Assembly (NCBI RefSeq): GCF_001194135.2
Contig: NC_068981.1
Location: 34,243,681-34,307,680, forward strand
Direction of reading: 5' to 3'
Length of the DNA stretch: 64,000 nucleotides
Source: Octopus bimaculoides
Taxonomy: Eukaryota
Shown: piece by piece, positions 12,411 to 23,250 of the stretch
Position numbering within the stretch: the stretch's first letter is position 1
Layout of the letters: the number at the start of each line of letters is the position of its first letter
Translations under genes and position numbers: made by a program
Notes under the pieces: generated by a model
The model's input: only the letters and a program-made list of their open reading frames with translations
What the model was told of the DNA's origin: nothing
Databases searched by the model: none

Positions 12411-12493
12411 GGTGGCGAAAGAGACTTGTGTCCGGGTTCATTCAGCGCACAATGAAGGCTGGATGAACACGGACATTCTCCGGTATCGTCACT
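12411..12493 (+). ncRNA. Candidate pri-miRNA-like hairpin
   Basis: About 31 bp in three stacked stems (12411-18/12486-93; 12421-24/12477-80; 12428-46/12458-76) in unique CpG-retaining sequence. Confidence 0.35.
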
Positions 12494-13281
12494 GCTGCTG
12501 AGTACAGCCGACCTGTTGCATTACTGTTGGGAGGTGGCGCAATCGTTATGAATTCCTACCGTGATATACAGACACGAAATAGTTCATATATGCATCCATT
12601 CATGCATAATTCCATATAATATGTGTGTGCGTGTATATTTATATGTATCTGTGTGTGTCTTTGTGTTTGTGTTTGTCTCCCACCGTCGCTTGACTACCGG
12701 TGTTGGTCTGTTTACGTCCCCGTAAGTTAGCGGTCCACGAGTGGACAACCATCATATATATCATGTGAGAGACGGAAGATGGGATCTATGAGAATCTTTA
12801 TTGATTATTACAATCGTTTCGACCCATCTAGCATCGATCCCTAGCGGGTGGAATAATGAGCATCTGGTTCAGAGCTATCCATCGGTGTAGATGTGTGTCC
12901 TTAGGTGATTTCAATAGATATCTCATTAAAATAAACTGTTTCGCAAGATTCCTTGGTTTTCATATATATAAATATCAAATTAAGATATACAGTTTCATAC
13001 ATACAGAAGATCCATGACAAATATCAGATACAAAAAGAAACAAATACAACCATACAGTGAAAAAAAATATGTGTATATATATATACACACAAACACTTTA
13101 GGTTGTTACTTTTCTTAACGAGCTCGAGAGGATGAATGAGAAGATTGATTGGCACGGGATTAAACTGAGAATGCAGAGAATCGGAACAAACATATACATG
13201 CTTGCATGTATGCATGTATGTTTGTATGTTTGTATATATACACATATATAATCTACACATACATAGATACATACAAACCTA

Positions 13282-13500
13282 TACTCTTTTACTTGTTTCA
13301 GTCATTTGACTGTGGCCATGCTGGAGCACCGCCTTTAGTCGAGCAAATCGACCCCAGGACCTATTCTTTGTAAGCCTAGTACTTATTCTATCGGTCTCTT
13401 TTGCTGCCGAACCGCTAAGTTACGGGGGACGTAAACACACCAGCATCGGTTGTCAAGCGATGTTGAGGGGACAAACACAGACACACAAACATAAACACAC

Positions 13501-13549
<49 letters not shown>

Positions 13550-13602
13550 CGACCAGCTTCTTTCAGTTTCCGTCTACCAAATCCACTCACAAGGCTTTGG
13601 TC
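13282..13602 (-). mobile_element. SINE family B, cut by a gap
   Basis: tactcttttacttgtttcagtcatttgactg...ccactcacaaggctttggtc. Confidence 0.88.
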
Positions 13603-14608
13603 NNNNNNNNNNNNNNNNNNNNNNNNNNNNNNNNNNNNNNNNNNNNNNNNNNNNNNNNNNNNNNNNNNNNNNNNNNNNNNNNNNNNNNNNNNNNNNNNNN
13701 NNNNNNNNNNNNNNNNNNNNNNNNNNNNNNNNNNNNNNNNNNNNNNNNNNNNNNNNNNNNNNNNNNNNNNNNNNNNNNNNNNNNNNNNNNNNNNNNNNNN
13801 NNNNNNNNNNNNNNNNNNNNNNNNNNNNNNNNNNNNNNNNNNNNNNNNNNNNNNNNNNNNNNNNNNNNNNNNNNNNNNNNNNNNNNNNNNNNNNNNNNNN
13901 NNNNNNNNNNNNNNNNNNNNNNNNNNNNNNNNNNNNNNNTGCATATATATACACACACATATATGTAAATGTGTGTGCGTACATCCATACATGAATACAG
14001 ATATTCATAATGATACCCTCAAATCATAACAGCTACCAACAAAGACATACTTATATGTAGATCTTACATGACTTCACAATACACCCGAGCAGTGACCCAA
14101 CAAGTGCACAAACTTCTTTCATTATTCTTCTAGTCATTCTTCTTCTTTCTTTTATCTTGCTATTTATTACATCGTCTGCTGCTGCTGCTGCAGCAGTTGC
14201 TATTGCTACTGCCTCTGTTACTACTATTGATAGACTCATAGCTCTTTCATTTTTACCTATTTCTCAGTTTAATCAAATCTGCTCTACAACAATGTGGCCA
14301 GATATCTTACCGTATATGTTGATTATGTATGCATGTGTAATGATGCACACTTCTGTCGCTCTCTATGTCTCTGTCTTTGTCTGGCACTCTGTTTCTCTCT
14401 CTCTCTCTCTCCATCTATCTATCTATCTATCTATCTATCTCGGTATGTGTGTGTGTGTGCGTATGCGTGTGTGAGAGGGCGTGTCTGTGTGTCATCTCTA
14501 TGAAAATATGCAAATACGTCTTTATTTCATGCATTAGTTGATGTCTTTGTGTAAATGCTTATGTAAGTGAGCATTGATATATAGTACCTGCTTCGGTAGT
14601 ACATATAC

Positions 14609-14913
14609 TGGCACTCCGTCGGTTACGACGACGAGGGAGCCAGTTGATCCGTTCAACGGAACAGCCTGCTCGTAAAATCAACGTGCAAGTTACTGAGCAT
14701 TCCACAGACCAGACACGAGTGAGATTTAGCGTGAAACAAAATGTGGCAAGGCTAGCTCTTTGAAATAAAGGCACGACTCATTCTTGCGAGCTGAATTGAC
14801 TGGAACAACCTTAAATAAAGTGTCTTGCTTAAGGACGCAACGCGCCACCAGGAATCGAACTCATGACCTTATGATCTTGAGCCGAATACCCTAACCACTA
14901 AGCCACACACCTT
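14609..14913 (-). mobile_element. SINE family D (different tRNA head plus CORE-like block) carrying the family A 3' tail
   Basis: Head aaggtgtgtggcttagtggttagggtattcggctc...gtccttaagcaagacact; tail cagcctgctcgt.../ctcgtcgtcgtaaccgacggagtgcca shared with family A. Confidence 0.85.
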
Positions 14914-15066
14914 TGCTGATGGAGCATATACTAAAAGTGAAACGATACAGAGAAAGAATATGTGTGTGTGCGTGTGTGTGTGTGCACGCGCGTGCGCGTA
15001 TATTCATATAATTCCTAATTATTAAGTATATATGTGTGAGTGTGTATATATTCATTTAATTTTTTA

Positions 15067-15377
15067 TGCGCCCTTTTAAAGCCTAACCAGGCTCATGGGT
15101 CCGGTTTCCCGGTTTCTATGGCGTATGTGTGTGTGTGTGTGTGTCCCCCCCCCCACCAGTTGGACGGGGCGCCAGTCCATCGCGGCTTTACTCAAGAAAC
15201 AGGAAGAAAGAGTGAGAGAAAGAGTACAACAGGGTCGCCACCACCCCCTGCCGGAGCCTCGTGGAGCTTTAGGTGTTTTCGCTCAATAAACACACACAAC
15301 GCCCGGTCTAGGAATCGAAACCACGATCCTCCGAACGCAAGTCCACTGCCCTGACCACTGGGCCATTGCGCCTCCAC
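15067..15377 (-). mobile_element. SINE with family A head and core but an alternative 3' tail
   Basis: Head gtggaggcgcaatggcccagtggtcaggg...; after ttcttcctgtttc it switches to ttgagtaaagccgcgatggactggcgcccc...tacgccatagaaaccgggaaaccggacccatgagcc. Confidence 0.88.
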
Positions 15378-15436
15378 GGTTATACTTCTACTAGACACAA
15401 AATACAATTTCTAATACTTAATTATAACGGTAATAA

Positions 15437-15640
15437 AAAGGGCGGCGAGCTAGCAGAATCAGAAGCGCGCTGGGCATAATGTTTTGCGACATTTCATCCA
15501 TCTTTACGTTCTTAGTTCAACTTCTGCCGGGGTCGACTTTGCCTTTCATTCTTTCAGGATCGATAAAATAAGTATCAGTTTATCACTGGGGTCGATGTAA
15601 TCGACTTACCTCTTACCTCTTGAGTCAAAATTTGAAATCA
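15437..15640 (+). mobile_element. Nin-domain SINE family C, monomer
   Basis: agggcggcgagctagcagaatc...gtcgactttgcctttcattctttcaggatcgataaaataagtatcagt. Confidence 0.85.
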
Positions 15641-16072
15641 ATATTTAGTTATAAAAATATAATATGATCTTTTTAAACATCAAATAGCTAGGAGGGCCCG
15701 TCCAAGTAAAACAGAAATCAAAGGGGTCCATCATTGAGAAAAAATGGTTGAGAAACATTTCTCTAGAGGAAGGGAAGCTCTGGCGATATTAGGAACGACC
15801 TCTTGAGCGCATTCTTTAATCGTAACGAAATGTACACTACAAGGACCGGTGATTTTGCTGGGTTGGCGTACCTAATCAAGCTTTAGGTATTTGGTAACTA
15901 TGTATGTGTGTGTGTGTAGTAGTAGTAGTAGTAGGAGTAGTAGTAGTAGTAGTAGGGAAATTGATGATGTGGGAGATGTATTTATAGATGAAAAATATTC
16001 TTAAAGATATCTCCTAAAAGAATGTAATTATTTTCGATGAGGGAGGTGACATATTATTGATCGTGTTATATA

Positions 16073-16449
16073 TGTTGTCGTTGATGTTATTGGCACTCCG
16101 TCGCTTACGACGTCGAGGGTTCCAGTTGATCCGATCAACGGAACAGCCTGCTCGTGAAATTAACGTGCAAGTGGCTGAGCACTCCACAGACACGTGTACT
16201 CTTAACGTAGTTCTCGGGGATATTCAGCGTGACACAGTATGACAAGGCTGACCCTTTGAATTACAGGCACAACAGAAACAGGAAGTAAGAGTGAGAGAAA
16301 ATTGTGGTGAAAGAGTACAGCAGGGTGCCTCGTGGAGCTTTAGGTGTTTTCGCTCAATAAACACTCACATCGCCCCGTCTGGGAATCGAAACCGCGATCC
16401 TATGATCGCGAGTCCGCTATCCTAACCACTGGGCCATTGCGCCACCACC
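16073..16449 (-). mobile_element. SINE family A with TSD and a ~20 bp internal deletion
   Basis: TSD atcgtgttatata 16060-16072 / atcgtattatata 16450-16462. Confidence 0.92.
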
Positions 16450-17104
16450 ATCGTATTATATAATATATCTCTCATAGGATGTATAATAACATGTATATGA
16501 TATGATATGCCTTATATAGGAAATAGCTCATATTTTTATAAAATCGTTATATCAAGAACCTTATAGAACACAACCGTTCCTGCAACTTAGATCACCGCAA
16601 GTATCTGATTAGCTGCATTATTTTTGTACTTCAGCTCATTGAACTCTGTTATTGATGAATGCTGAATATAAAAAAAAAAAAAAGCGAACAAAAGAAGGAG
16701 GAAAAATGAAAGAGAAAAGAAAAATAAGAAAACACTGAACAAGATTTTTCGTGGTGCTTAGTTGCGGCTGTTTACATTCTGAGTATCAATCTCGCAGGAG
16801 TGCATAAAATAAATATTAGCAAAGTATTAATGCCGGCTTAATCGAACATTCACCTTCGGCCCGGTATCTATGGACTTGTGTCTTCGTTAACAAAAATCAT
16901 TACTTTTACAATGGTGCGTTAACTTGCTATGGTGTTATCGAATCATACCAACGTTGCGTTTAAGAAATTTTCTCTAAAATTTAATTACAGTTGTTTCTCT
17001 TCCTCCCCTCTCTCTCGTCCTCCTCCCTTTCTCCCTCTCTCTCACTTTCCCTCTCTTAGTCTATCGATATGTATGCAAGTGTGTGCGTGTGTGTGTGTTT
17101 GTGC

Positions 17105-17155
<51 letters not shown>

Positions 17156-17319
17156 AGCTACATCAAAACTAAAAGATTTAAATCTTACTTTTAGATGAGT
17201 GGAATGCACAAAATACAAAACCCTTGAATAACTTACATAGCTTTACAGTGAGTATGTGTGCGCGCGTGTGTGTGCGTACATATGAAGATCTATGTTTCTG
17301 CAGACAGACAGACAGACAT

Positions 17320-17378
<59 letters not shown>

Positions 17379-17404
17379 TGGGCTGCAACCAGTCTTCAAG
17401 GGCT

Positions 17405-17530
17405 TCTAGTCACGTGGTTCTGAGTTCAGTCCCACTGTCTGGTACCTTGAGCCAGTGTCTTTTACTATAGCCTCGGGCTGACCAAATCCTTGTGAGCTGA
17501 TTTAGTAGATGGAAACTGAAAGAAGCCTAT
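17405..17530 (+). mobile_element. SINE family B head, running into a gap
   Basis: cacgtggttctgagttcagtcccactg...ggaaactgaaagaagcc. Confidence 0.8.
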
Positions 17531-17847
17531 TATATATATATATATATATNNNNNNNNNNNNNNNNNNNNNNNNNNNNNNNNNNNNNNNNNNNNNNNNNNN
17601 NNNNNNNNNNNNNNNNNNNNNNNNNNNNNNNNNNNNNNNNNNNNNNNNNNNNNNNNNNNNNNNNNNNNNNNNNNNNNNNNNNNNNNNNNNNNNNNNNNNN
17701 NNNNNNNNNNNNNNNNNNNNNNNNNNNNNNNNNNNNNNNNNNNNNNNNNNNNNNNNNNNNNNNNNNNNNNNNNNNNNNNNNNNNNNNNNNNNNNNNNNNN
17801 NNNNNNNNNNNNACCTAGTTAGCGTGATACATTTTGAGAATATATGG

Positions 17848-18593
17848 ATAACAACAACAAATGGAGCAAAACGCATGTCGATGAAAGTTCCTTTAATTCC
17901 TACATATATGTTTCGAAGCCAGTGTACACGTATGTATGAGTGTGCGGGTGTGGATACCTGCATATTTGTACATATACAGGAAAGTAGGTATAGATACAGG
18001 CACGTATGTATAGGTGAGCGTGTATGTACATATGTCCATGTGGAGGTTTCTGTGTGGGTGTGTGTGTGTATGTGTATGGGTGCATGTGGGTGTGTGGGTA
18101 TGTACACATGGGTGTGCGCATATGTATGTGTGTATGTGCGTACACGCACATGTTTGTTAATGGGTGTCTGCACGCTAACAGACACATATGTAAACACTCA
18201 CTTTAATTATCTCCCCTCACCCACCCGAATAACTCCTTGACCACAGCCTTTAGCTTCACATCAATAACATCCTCCCTTTGTATTTCTATGTAAACTAGCG
18301 TTCTCATGCCTAAAGCCCGTGGAATTATATCGGTGACCCCGTCATAACTCTATGTAAACAAACCTTCTAACGGTCACTGACCATGTAACATCTCAGCTCG
18401 TAAGTTACCCCATCATTTCGTTTTTGTCTTGCTACTAAATGTTTTATTATGTTCTCCCTGATGAGAAACAAGTGATAATTACAGCTACCCTTTCCTTTTT
18501 TTGTGAAATGACCCTCACTTGCTTCGAAACATATATGTAGGAATTAAAGGAACTTTCATCGACATGCGTTTTGCTCCATTTGTTGTTATTATC
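17848..18593. mobile_element. PLE-like terminus with ~72 bp inverted arms (17848-17919 / 18521-18593)
   Basis: Arms are near-perfect reverse complements; the right arm overlaps the 3' half of a hammerhead fold. Confidence 0.65.
18455..18542 (+). ncRNA. Type I hammerhead ribozyme, complete core
   Basis: ucc CUGAUGA (18458-64); stem II 10/11 bp (18465-75 / 18515-25); GAAA (18526-29); stem III ACA-UAUA-UGU; GUA cleavage triplet (A18539); stem I ucc/gga. Confidence 0.75.
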
Positions 18594-18599
18594 TATCTA

Positions 18600-18797
18600 T
18601 CTGATTGACCGTTGACTGGACACTATTCAATTTTTTTTCTCCGTGTTTTTCTCCTTGTCTCCGTATTCTTTCTGTTGAAGAGCGTAGCTCGAAACGTCAA
18701 AGACTTTCCGTATTCCCCAGCGTCATACTAATACATCCTTTTGTTATTTACACCACCTGTCCTCGTCTGTTGTTGTTTTTTTCATATATTCTCCCAN
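18600..18797 (+). mobile_element. PLE-type terminal repeat fragment with variant hammerhead (18667-18703)
   Basis: ucuuu CUGUUGA a gagc gua gcuc GAAAC GU C aaaga; same family as 20888-21075 (-). Confidence 0.6.
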
Positions 18798-19159
18798 NNN
18801 NNNNNNNNNNNNNNNNNNNNNNNNNNNNNNNNNNNNNNNNNNNNNNNNNNNNNNNNNNNNNNNNNNNNNNNNNNNNNNNNNNNNNNNNNNNNNNNNNNNN
18901 NNNNNNNNNNTATATATATATATATATATATATATATTAGTTTAACCACTTAACCAATTCGATGGTTTAATCAGACATTTAGTCAATCAATCAATCAATC
19001 AACTAAGTTTGTCGAAGTACTTTCGTCGTCATCGCGACCTCATCGATGATATGCCTTCTCTAGTGCAGGTCTGCTTCAGGTTTGTCTAACCTAGGTGACT
19101 GAATTATTGACCAAACGATACATACATACATGCATACATACATACATACATACATACAT

Positions 19160-19600
19160 ACTCAACCTGTCAAATGTAAACATAACAGGCCGGATATTGT
19201 TGTTTGGGACAGAGGGGCAAACGTATGTACCACCATAGAGATCAGCTACCCTGCAGATATAAATATCTCTTTGAGAATCAAAGTATAAGAGGATATCGAT
19301 GGACAACTGCTTCGGAACCTCCAGCTTCTATATCCAGACTATGAATTCATATTCATACCAATAATTGGAACACTTGATTTTGTTAGTAAATGCTTAAAGG
19401 AGAATCTGGATAAACTGGGATTTTCAGAAAGAGAAATCGACCAGCTAATTCGTATATTACAAGTGTAATCTGTGAGTGGAACAGTAAAAATATGCAAGAC
19501 TTTTCGCAAGTTCCAGATGTGAATTTGTCTGTGTTAACTACATTCCAAAGATGGAGCCTTGTATCTTTGTTGTAAAGCAGATCCCTCCTCAGTGGAATAT
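19160..19600 (+). mobile_element. 5'-truncated RLE non-LTR element (family 2 relative) starting in (TACA)n
   Basis: KCKHNRPDIVVWDRGANVCTTIEISYPADINI..LLRNLQLLYPDYEFIFIPII..SKCLKENLDKLGF..SVSGTVKICKTF (PD..E RLE motif). Confidence 0.8.
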
Positions 19601-19685
19601 TTATAATAATTAAAAAATAGGAGAGACATGCATTCATACCTACCTACCCACTTACCTACTTGCCTACCTTCATATATGTATGTAT

Positions 19686-20236
19686 GTCATTATTCAGTTT
19701 TATGTCAAGATTTCTTGCCAATAGAGAAAGAGCCGGTTTCTAGATCCAAGACTGAAATTTCAACATCAACAAGGTATGTATGTATACGTGCAGATTTCTA
19801 TGTTTTGTATGTCTTTTCATGCATATCTAGACATGCACATATATACTTAAATGATGAATTTCTGGAAAGTTTTACAACTTTTTGCATCTCCAGCTTTTAC
19901 CTTTCTGGTTTTGAGAAGCTTAATTTCTCAAGATTGGTATTTAGGCATCGTGTTACATATCCCAGGGCCCCAAATAATTACAGGTATAAACCTGAATTTG
20001 TAATCTGGATAGAATAACTGTAAATTTGTCAATAGTTCAGCGTAGGTACTTTTTCTTTTTCCCTGATCTTCAGCTTTATGTTAACATTTTCTGGGCATCT
20101 GATTTCCACAACTGTAGACAGTTTCTCTTCTCTATCCCAAATCATTATATCAAGTCTATTGTGTTTACATTTTATTAAAATTTTTACTGGAACATTCCAC
20201 CAGTACTCGTTTTTATTATGAGTGGCTATGGCTTCT
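19686..20236 (-). mobile_element. 5'-truncated RLE non-LTR element (family 2) with (TATG)n on both sides
   Basis: HNKNEYWWNVPV..KCKHNRLDIMIWDREEKL..VEIRCPENVNIKLKIREKKSTYAELL; tatg repeats at 19675-19689 and 20237-20310. Confidence 0.82.
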
Positions 20237-20718
20237 ATGTATGTATGTATGTATGTATGTATGTATGTATGTATGTATGTATGTGTGTATGTATGTATGT
20301 ATGTATGTGTGTGTAGGTAGGTAGGTAGGTAGGTGCAGCATTATATAGTTGAAAAAATGAATAGAAATGGCTTTCTGGTAATTTTTCCACTTTTAGATGT
20401 TTATAAGTTATTAGGTATTTAGAAAAGGTGACTCTTTCAAAGAGTTTCTCGCTTAAGAGCGGTTTTCAAACATATTTTAAAATTTGTTATTCCCTGTGTC
20501 AATAGGGTTGTTTAATTACAAACGTACACACACAAACAATCACATATACATACATATACCCATATAAACACACATATAACGATGTACACACTAACACACA
20601 TACACACACACACATCTGATTATTAAAATGAAAAAATTATCAGAAACACCATTTCTATTAATTTTTTCAAATATATAAGTGCATATATATATATATATAC
20701 ACATATATATATACATGC

Positions 20719-20757
<39 letters not shown>

Positions 20758-20887
20758 NNNNNNNNNNNNNNNNNNNNNNNNNNNNNNNNNNNNNNNNNNN
20801 NNNNAAATGAAAAAATTATCAGAAACACCATTTCTATTAATTTTTTCAAATATATAAGTGCATATATATATATATATACATACATAG

Positions 20888-21075
20888 TGAGAATTTACCA
20901 AACAACAAAAGACGAAGACGGGTGTGTAAACAACAAACAGATGTATTAGTTTAATGCTCGGCAAGTGAGAAAGTATTTTACGTTTCGAGACTACGCTTTT
21001 CGACAGAAAGTAACACAAAAATAAATGGAGAGAAAATAGAAAAAGGTTTAGTGGCTAACGATCTATCATGGCGAA
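20888..21075 (-). mobile_element. PLE-type terminal repeat fragment, same family as 18600-18797, decayed hammerhead at 20975-21010
   Basis: Reverse complement cuuuCUGUCGAaaagcguagucucGAAACGUAaaau followed by shared gcattaaactaatacatc...ttacacacc. Confidence 0.6.
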
Positions 21076-21289
21076 TCCACGCATACATGTATACATGTCC
21101 ATATATGTATTATTAAGCAATTAAAAATAAGATTGGAGAGTCAAAAAATTAAAACGGAGATAATGGAAAGTCAAATAGAGTAGCTGGAGATTACATAAGT
21201 GGTATTCGGAATACGTACTGTGTGTGATTTAGGTTGCATTTAGATTTGTGGTAAAATTTGAAGGTATGTAAAAAGCGGTGGCCGCATGT

Positions 21290-22175
21290 CAGACAGAAGT
21301 AATGTCACCAACATTGTGAAGCAAGCAGAGAAGTGGCTGGTGAGGATTGATAGATCAGGGCTTCCAGGAAAGTTCAGGGCATTTTGACAAATTGCGCTCG
21401 TTTGGTTTCCCTCTCTTTCTTCCGCTTCCGGGTGCTTTCTGCCCTTCTAAGTCTTCTCAGACGTTCACGGAACTGACTTGTCAAGTCCCTGATGCCGTCT
21501 CTTTCATCAGTAGAAGCCCCCTTATATTGCATATTGAGGGTCTTGATCTCTCCCCTCGGACGGTGTATCCCTCTTTCTCTTCTGCTAAGTTTCCTTTCGA
21601 TTGCTGTGGCAGCTGGTCTGTCCGCTGTTCCAAATCGATCTATTGCCAAATTGAATGCGATAGTTACAAGCGCAATCACTCTCGGTTCCGCTGTTCCTAC
21701 CAGTGTGCACTCCAATATCATAGTCCAGTTGTTGCCATTTCTTTGTTTCACCCATCTTGGGCTATTTTATTCGTTCTTTTGCTGGCTGGGAATGGCGCCC
21801 TGGTGTGATATTGGGTGGGTTGCCCCTCCTGAGGACTCGAGGTGATACAGGTACTGAGAGACTTCCACTCCTGTGGGGTGCCTCCTGCTTGGATTTCTCC
21901 TGCGTCTCACCAGGTGTTACCACTGTACGCTGCACCTGTGCCTCCTCTTTTCCACAGACGGACATAGCTTGGTGTATGTTGAGCCCCTTCTCATTCTTGC
22001 AAATCTTTCCTCAATGACACTTTACTTCCAATACCTCCCCACCTGCTGATGTTCCAACAGGTGTTGCAACTGAAAACTACAAGTGTGGCTCTTCCCTTCC
22101 ACAGTCTGACCTGCCTTGGTTATCTTCAGCCCTTTTACATTCTTGCAGAACTCATCATTCTCTTGTAATATTCCT
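21290..22175 (-). mobile_element. Hero/NeSL-like RLE retrotransposon N-terminal region, with a short opposite-strand post-RT piece at 21290-21365
   Basis: Minus: CKNVKGLKI and ICKNEKGLNIHQ..C zinc-finger-like motifs, KERIKWP, RLRRLRRAESTRKRKKERETKRAQFVK. Plus: DRSNVTNIVKQAEKWLVRIDRSGLPGKF. Confidence 0.75.
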
Positions 22176-22234
22176 TCTCCCTCATTTCTTTCTGTCTATT
22201 TTTTTCGGACCATTCTCTCCCATTCTATCTCTTT

Positions 22235-22246
22235 CTAATGCTTTTC

Positions 22247-22324
<78 letters not shown>

Positions 22325-22411
22325 TCATATTTACATATATATATAAATTTATACACACGTAAATCTGTCTATCTATCTATCTACCTTTCTTTTTTCTGCT
22401 TCTTTGCCTGT

Positions 22412-22476
<65 letters not shown>

Positions 22477-22700
22477 TCTCTCTCTCCTCCTCCATCTCTC
22501 TTCGTCTAATTCAACATCAGTCTTGTTAAATTCTTTGCATCTATTCCTCTTTATTTATTTTATTATCATTTTACTTTATTACTATTTTGTTTTACCTTTA
22601 ATTATATTTATTTGGTCCTTTCTATATTTACCTTTTAGCTATCTTTTATACACACACACATACACACACACACACATACATACATACATACATACATACA

Positions 22701-22731
<31 letters not shown>

Positions 22732-22735
22732 GTAT
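22235..22735 (+). repeat. (TATC)n, (CT)n, (CA)n and (TACA)n microsatellite cluster
   Basis: Direct reading. Confidence 0.9.
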
Positions 22736-22739
22736 GAAA

Positions 22740-23250
22740 TGAAACTTACATATAATTCTCATCTCTCAAGCTTCAGGAATAGAAATAAGGCTAACTCTAC
22801 AGGATTAAGCAGTTCCATCTGGGAATTTAAAGATAATAACATTAATCATAGATTAGAATGGCACATCCTAGCCAAAACACTTTCATACAACCTTAGAAAT
22901 AAACGCTGCAATTTATGCATAATTGAGGAATTCTTCATTTTAATGGCCAAATCAGAATTACTTAATAAACAATACGAGAAAAACAAGCATGCTTACATAA
23001 AGATAAATTCTTATTCTCTAAATACCGCTAATACCTACATTACATTACTGTTTATTAGCTGACTTGTCTAACCTCTGATTATTCTATACTAATTGTCAAC
23101 TTCTAATTGTTACATGTTGCTCCATTTCTTCTCTTATCTTACCTGAATATATTAAACCACGGTTTACCCTTAAATTACCAGCTACTGTTAACCTTACAGC
23201 AAGGCCTATACGTAGTGAGGTAATACACCAGTAGTGCCTACGGATACATT
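22740..23250 (+). mobile_element. Penelope-like element, GIY-YIG endonuclease C-terminal remnant plus 3' region
   Basis: [68 protein letters not shown]. Confidence 0.8.

Noticed and set aside
12790-12880. Hammerhead-like GAAACGAU with an adjacent hairpin on the minus strand
   Set aside because: No CUGANGA at the required position
15700-15765. hAT/Charlie MITE right end (aaaaaatggttgagaaaca)
   Set aside because: No matching left end or TSD found
23130-23150. Recursive-splice-like CAG|GTAAGA on the minus strand (also near 24310)
   Set aside because: Lies inside a repeat and has a poor pyrimidine tract
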